This document shows, piece by piece, positions 56,269 through 59,028 of a stretch of DNA of 59,028 bases. Below the pieces are notes generated by a model, which saw only the letters and a list, made by a program, of their open reading frames with translations, was not told the origin of the DNA and searched no databases. The stretch is taken from positions 1 to 59,028 of IMG/VR virus record IMGVR_UViG_3300027653_000014. One strand, given 5' to 3'. The first letter of the stretch is position 1. Every line of letters begins with the position of its first letter. This DNA is from a virus (Duplodnaviria; Caudoviricetes). The position numbers were made by a program, and so were the translations under genes.

Positions 56269-56946
56269 TCAGTACCTTCCCTCCCTCCGGCAACCCCAGC
56301 AGTCAGGGTCACCCTCAATGTCCTCGGTGCCGTACGCCTGCGCGTACTCGTAGATGTCTGCTGCCCGTTCCATGTAAGCGTACACGATGTCGGGGTTGAA
56401 CGGAAACTCGACCATAGTGATGCCGCTCACACTCATCGAGTCGCGGGGGAACAGATACAGGGCAACCGTCTTGACCTCAAAGCCCTCGTTCGCCATGCCG
56501 ACGCCGTACGCCTGAATCTGCACGTAATACTCAAGGGCTTGGTTCTCGATGAACTCGACCCTACCATCCGGCAGGCGCATGTACCCGTTCTTGATGTTCT
56601 TCATGCTGTTCTTGCCCACCAGCTTGTAGTCGCCCACCTGTGAGTGCTCATGGTCGTAGCGGTCACAGGTGCCGGTGATCCTGCCATAGCCCTTGATAGT
56701 ACCCACCTCGACCCTGCGCTCGGTCTCGATGGTGGGGTCGCGCTCATTCTGCTCTAACCACAGGTGCATCGCGGTCCCGTACCAAGGGTAGAGGCTGAAC
56801 GTCTGTTCCTGCTTGTTGCCCAGCATCTCTTCGGCTAGGCACAGGGCGCACTGCTTGCCCAGCGAGGACGGCCCGATACGTGTCTGCTTGTCGCGCTCAT
56901 CTGGCGCTGTGACTGTGGCGATAAGTTTATCAAGCGGGTGTGTCAT
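56269..56946 (-). CDS. Cas4-like/PD-(D/E)XK exonuclease
   Basis: IGPSSLG.C..C, GTAMH, E, GTCD, DYK, Q..AY and C-terminal C..C motifs. Confidence 0.85.
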   Translation of the reverse strand: MTHPLDKLIATVTAPDERDKQTRIGPSSLGKQCALCLAEEMLGNKQEQTFSLYPWYGTAMHLWLEQNERDPTIETERRVEVGTIKGYGRITGTCDRYDHEHSQVGDYKLVGKNSMKNIKNGYMRLPDGRVEFIENQALEYYVQIQAYGVGMANEGFEVKTVALYLFPRDSMSVSGITMVEFPFNPDIVYAYMERAADIYEYAQAYGTEDIEGDPDCWGCRREGRY

Positions 56947-57419
56947 CCGAGCACCATCTCCTTTAGATCATCAGGTACCACCTGCGCTGCCCGTGCGGCT
57001 ACAAGACTCCCCGCAGAGGGGTCCTCATATGCCTCATACACCTGCCTGAACTCTACAGGTCGCAAGCTCAGGTGCTTGTCCACTGCCGCCATCAGTTGCA
57101 CGTCTTGACTCCTCACACTCACTGTTCTGCCCTTTGCAACCTTCTCTGCGCAGGAAACACAGAGACCCTTGGCACCCACCGCCTTCCAATCTGGCGGGAA
57201 CTGCTCTTTGGTCCGTCCGTGCGGTCGCATATAGGCAGCGCATCGCAAGCACTGCTTCGCCAGAGTGTGCGCAAGGCAGTAGTGCCGGGTGTTGTTCTTG
57301 TTCATGGTCCAGCCGTCCTCACGGGCAAGATACCACGTGTGTAGTCGGTCGCCGCCATACACCACAGCGGGGCAATCCTCTTGGTCGCAGTTCAGTCGAT
57401 GAGATACTGCGGTAATCAA
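56943..57419 (-). CDS. Cys-rich hypothetical protein
   Basis: Multiple CxxC-like pairs. Confidence 0.6.
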   Translation of the reverse strand: MITAVSHRLNCDQEDCPAVVYGGDRLHTWYLAREDGWTMNKNNTRHYCLAHTLAKQCLRCAAYMRPHGRTKEQFPPDWKAVGAKGLCVSCAEKVAKGRTVSVRSQDVQLMAAVDKHLSLRPVEFRQVYEAYEDPSAGSLVAARAAQVVPDDLKEMVLG

Positions 57420-57931
57420 CTCAGACGCTCAATTTCTCGCTGAATACAGAATGCGGCCTTTTGCAAATCCTCAATGACATTGCCCTTTACTTTACCGTCT
57501 TGTCGGGTAGCTCGCGCAACATACTTAACCGCATTCCCGCCGTTAAAGGAAAGCTGTTCGGCAATGTCAATCACCTCTGCGCCGTTGCTGAAGTTGTAAT
57601 GACTCGGGTGATTGACATTATCCTCTGTCACTTCAAGCACAGAAGTGCTTGCTGCCTCATAAGTCTCAGGGTTATTGCTAATAGTCACCCACCCCTTTGG
57701 CTTCTCGCGGCTCAGGTATTCAGGGAGCACATACCCAAAAATGCCTTTCCTGTTGCTAACGGATAAATCCTTGTCGTCGTCACTGAACGCCCCGATCACC
57801 GTGACTAACGTAGGCTCATCTACTTGTGCGTATTTCGGGACATAACCATCCTCCGCGTCTTCCGACCTAGCGCCAGGCAGCAGCCAAACCTCTTCGCCAA
57901 CCCTGAAATCACTCATCTTGACCCTCCTCAT
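57416..57931 (-). CDS. DUF3310-domain protein (T7 gp1.7 nucleotide kinase-like)
   Basis: DNVNHPSHY...GNAVKY..RA...EDLQKA. Confidence 0.85.
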   Translation of the reverse strand: MRRVKMSDFRVGEEVWLLPGARSEDAEDGYVPKYAQVDEPTLVTVIGAFSDDDKDLSVSNRKGIFGYVLPEYLSREKPKGWVTISNNPETYEAASTSVLEVTEDNVNHPSHYNFSNGAEVIDIAEQLSFNGGNAVKYVARATRQDGKVKGNVIEDLQKAAFCIQREIERLS

Positions 57932-58015
57932 TCAGTCCGTAATGCACTAATACTTCTCCCCATGTGAGGCCCTTCAATACCCTCACATCTTGTAGGAGCC
58001 GGGTGTGTAGGGCAT

Positions 58016-58462
58016 CTAGCACAAACACTGCGGTTCCCCCTTTGGAATCGTCGTATCGAGTTCGTACCCAGGCCACACGGCGCGAGCTACTCCTGCTCCT
58101 CTCATTGCTTTTACACAGTTTGGGCAGGGCTCGTCAGTGATGTACATCGTAGCCCCGCGTGCGGCCCGTCCTGCGATCAGCAGTGCGTTAACCTCAGCGT
58201 GCAGTGCGATGCAGTAGGCGGGTGATGAGGGATCAGAGTAGTCCGTCATCGCGGCTGTCTCTTCGTAGGAAAGCAGTCCGCGCGGGCAATGGCCCGCCAA
58301 GCAGCCGGGGTGGCCGCTAGGTGCCCCGTTGTACCCGACCTCTAGGATTCGGTTGTCTGTACCTACCAGCACTGCGCCCACCTTGCGGCGTCGGCAGTCT
58401 GCTCGTGTGGAGACAGCTTCAGCTATGCCCAAGAAGTAGGTGCCCCAGTCAGGCCTGGTCAC
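58016..58462 (-). CDS. dCMP deaminase
   Basis: RPDW..YF, GYNG, HAEVNAL and PCPNC motifs. Confidence 0.95.
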   Translation of the reverse strand: MTRPDWGTYFLGIAEAVSTRADCRRRKVGAVLVGTDNRILEVGYNGAPSGHPGCLAGHCPRGLLSYEETAAMTDYSDPSSPAYCIALHAEVNALLIAGRAARGATMYITDEPCPNCVKAMRGAGVARAVWPGYELDTTIPKGEPQCLC

Positions 58463-58713
58463 TGGTCGTCACCCCCGGCGATCCGTGCGGCTAGCTGCCA
58501 GGTGAAGACCGCCGATGGGGTGCGGGCTTGTGCGGCGCGGGCCGTGAACTGGTCACGCAGCTGGGTACGCACGGCCTGTTCGGTGACGGTGGCGATGTGG
58601 TGGGAGTAGGCGTCCTCCCAGACCTCGTCCTCGCGCCATGGCTGTCCGCATCCACAGCGCCATGGCTCCTCTATCGGATGCTCGGCGGCGATCTTCTGGG
58701 CGATGGCGCTCAC
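58459..58713 (-). CDS. Hypothetical protein ending GGDDQ
   Basis: GTGA overlaps at both ends. Confidence 0.65.
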   Translation of the reverse strand: MSAIAQKIAAEHPIEEPWRCGCGQPWREDEVWEDAYSHHIATVTEQAVRTQLRDQFTARAAQARTPSAVFTWQLAARIAGGDDQ

Positions 58714-59028
58714 TGGTCACCACCGCCTCGGTACGGGTTATCAGACAGTGCATCACCGAGATAGCCACCGTCTGCTCCTGCCTGATAGCCCTGGTCCCAC
58801 ACGTCGGCGGGGTCGGGCTGGTCGGCCAGCAGCGCCAGCACCGCATCGGCGGCTTCGTAGGCGTCAGCGTCGTCCCAAACGGAGAGAGCCTCGCGGATCT
58901 GCTCGCGGGTGGGGCGGGTGCGGGCCGTGGCGAGCAGGCCAGCCTCGTACCCCGCCCGAATCCAACCCATGACCGTGTTCGGTGCGGGGTGGGTCGTCTG
59001 GAACACGCGCTCGACCGCGTCCTCGGTG
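58710..59028 (-). CDS. 3' part of an ETTT-family modular gene (5' end is off the window, or continues from 303-475)
   Basis: ...TEDAVERVFQTTHP...AGLLATARTRPTREQIREAL...NPYRGGGDQ. Confidence 0.75.
   Translation of the reverse strand, partial: TEDAVERVFQTTHPAPNTVMGWIRAGYEAGLLATARTRPTREQIREALSVWDDADAYEAADAVLALLADQPDPADVWDQGYQAGADGGYLGDALSDNPYRGGGDQ

Noticed and set aside
1-59028. Diversity-generating retroelement, retron, integrase or repressor
   Set aside because: No ORF shows reverse transcriptase or tyrosine/serine recombinase motifs, and I saw no TR/VR pair with adenine-specific differences.
58902-59028. Physical direct terminal repeat of the virion DNA
   Set aside because: The repeat lies inside a coding region, is exactly 127 bp (k-mer-like) and matches 176-302 rather than the window start. 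The real termini more plausibly lie near 10.5-11.5 kb.

Overview
The window is a near-complete ~59 kb genome of a tailed siphovirus-type phage, very likely infecting Actinobacteria (WhiB-like gene, leaderless and extended -10 promoters, actinophage-type structural proteins). I found no integrase or repressor, so it is probably lytic. Plus-strand arm (11.5-44.9 kb): small genes, a collagen/glycoside-hydrolase/LamG module, terminase (large subunit carrying a class 3 intein), portal, protease, capsid, an endonuclease VII-type HNH, a dense ncRNA cassette, tail genes, tape measure, tail fibres, an inverted HNH-AP2 insertion and lysis genes. Minus-strand arm (59 kb to 45 kb, continuing 10.5 kb to 1): dCMP deaminase, Cas4-like nuclease, AAA ATPase and SSB, primase-helicase, adenine methylase, PolA, NrdH, ThyX, RuvC-like resolvase, SF2 helicase, WhiB and many small early genes. 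Most notable observations: (1) genes built as in-frame arrays of unrelated mini-domains separated by an exact 15-bp repeat, with two alternative C-terminal modules at the contig ends; (2) a 77-nt tmRNA tRNA-like domain with no mRNA-like domain; (3) CTAG-bounded hairpins of near-fixed length that start at the stop codons of early genes; (4) an oriC-like DnaA-box cluster; (5) an HNH insertion that appears to supply a recoded replacement 5' end for the gene it interrupts. All calls come from reading the sequence by eye. No database searches or folding programs were run.
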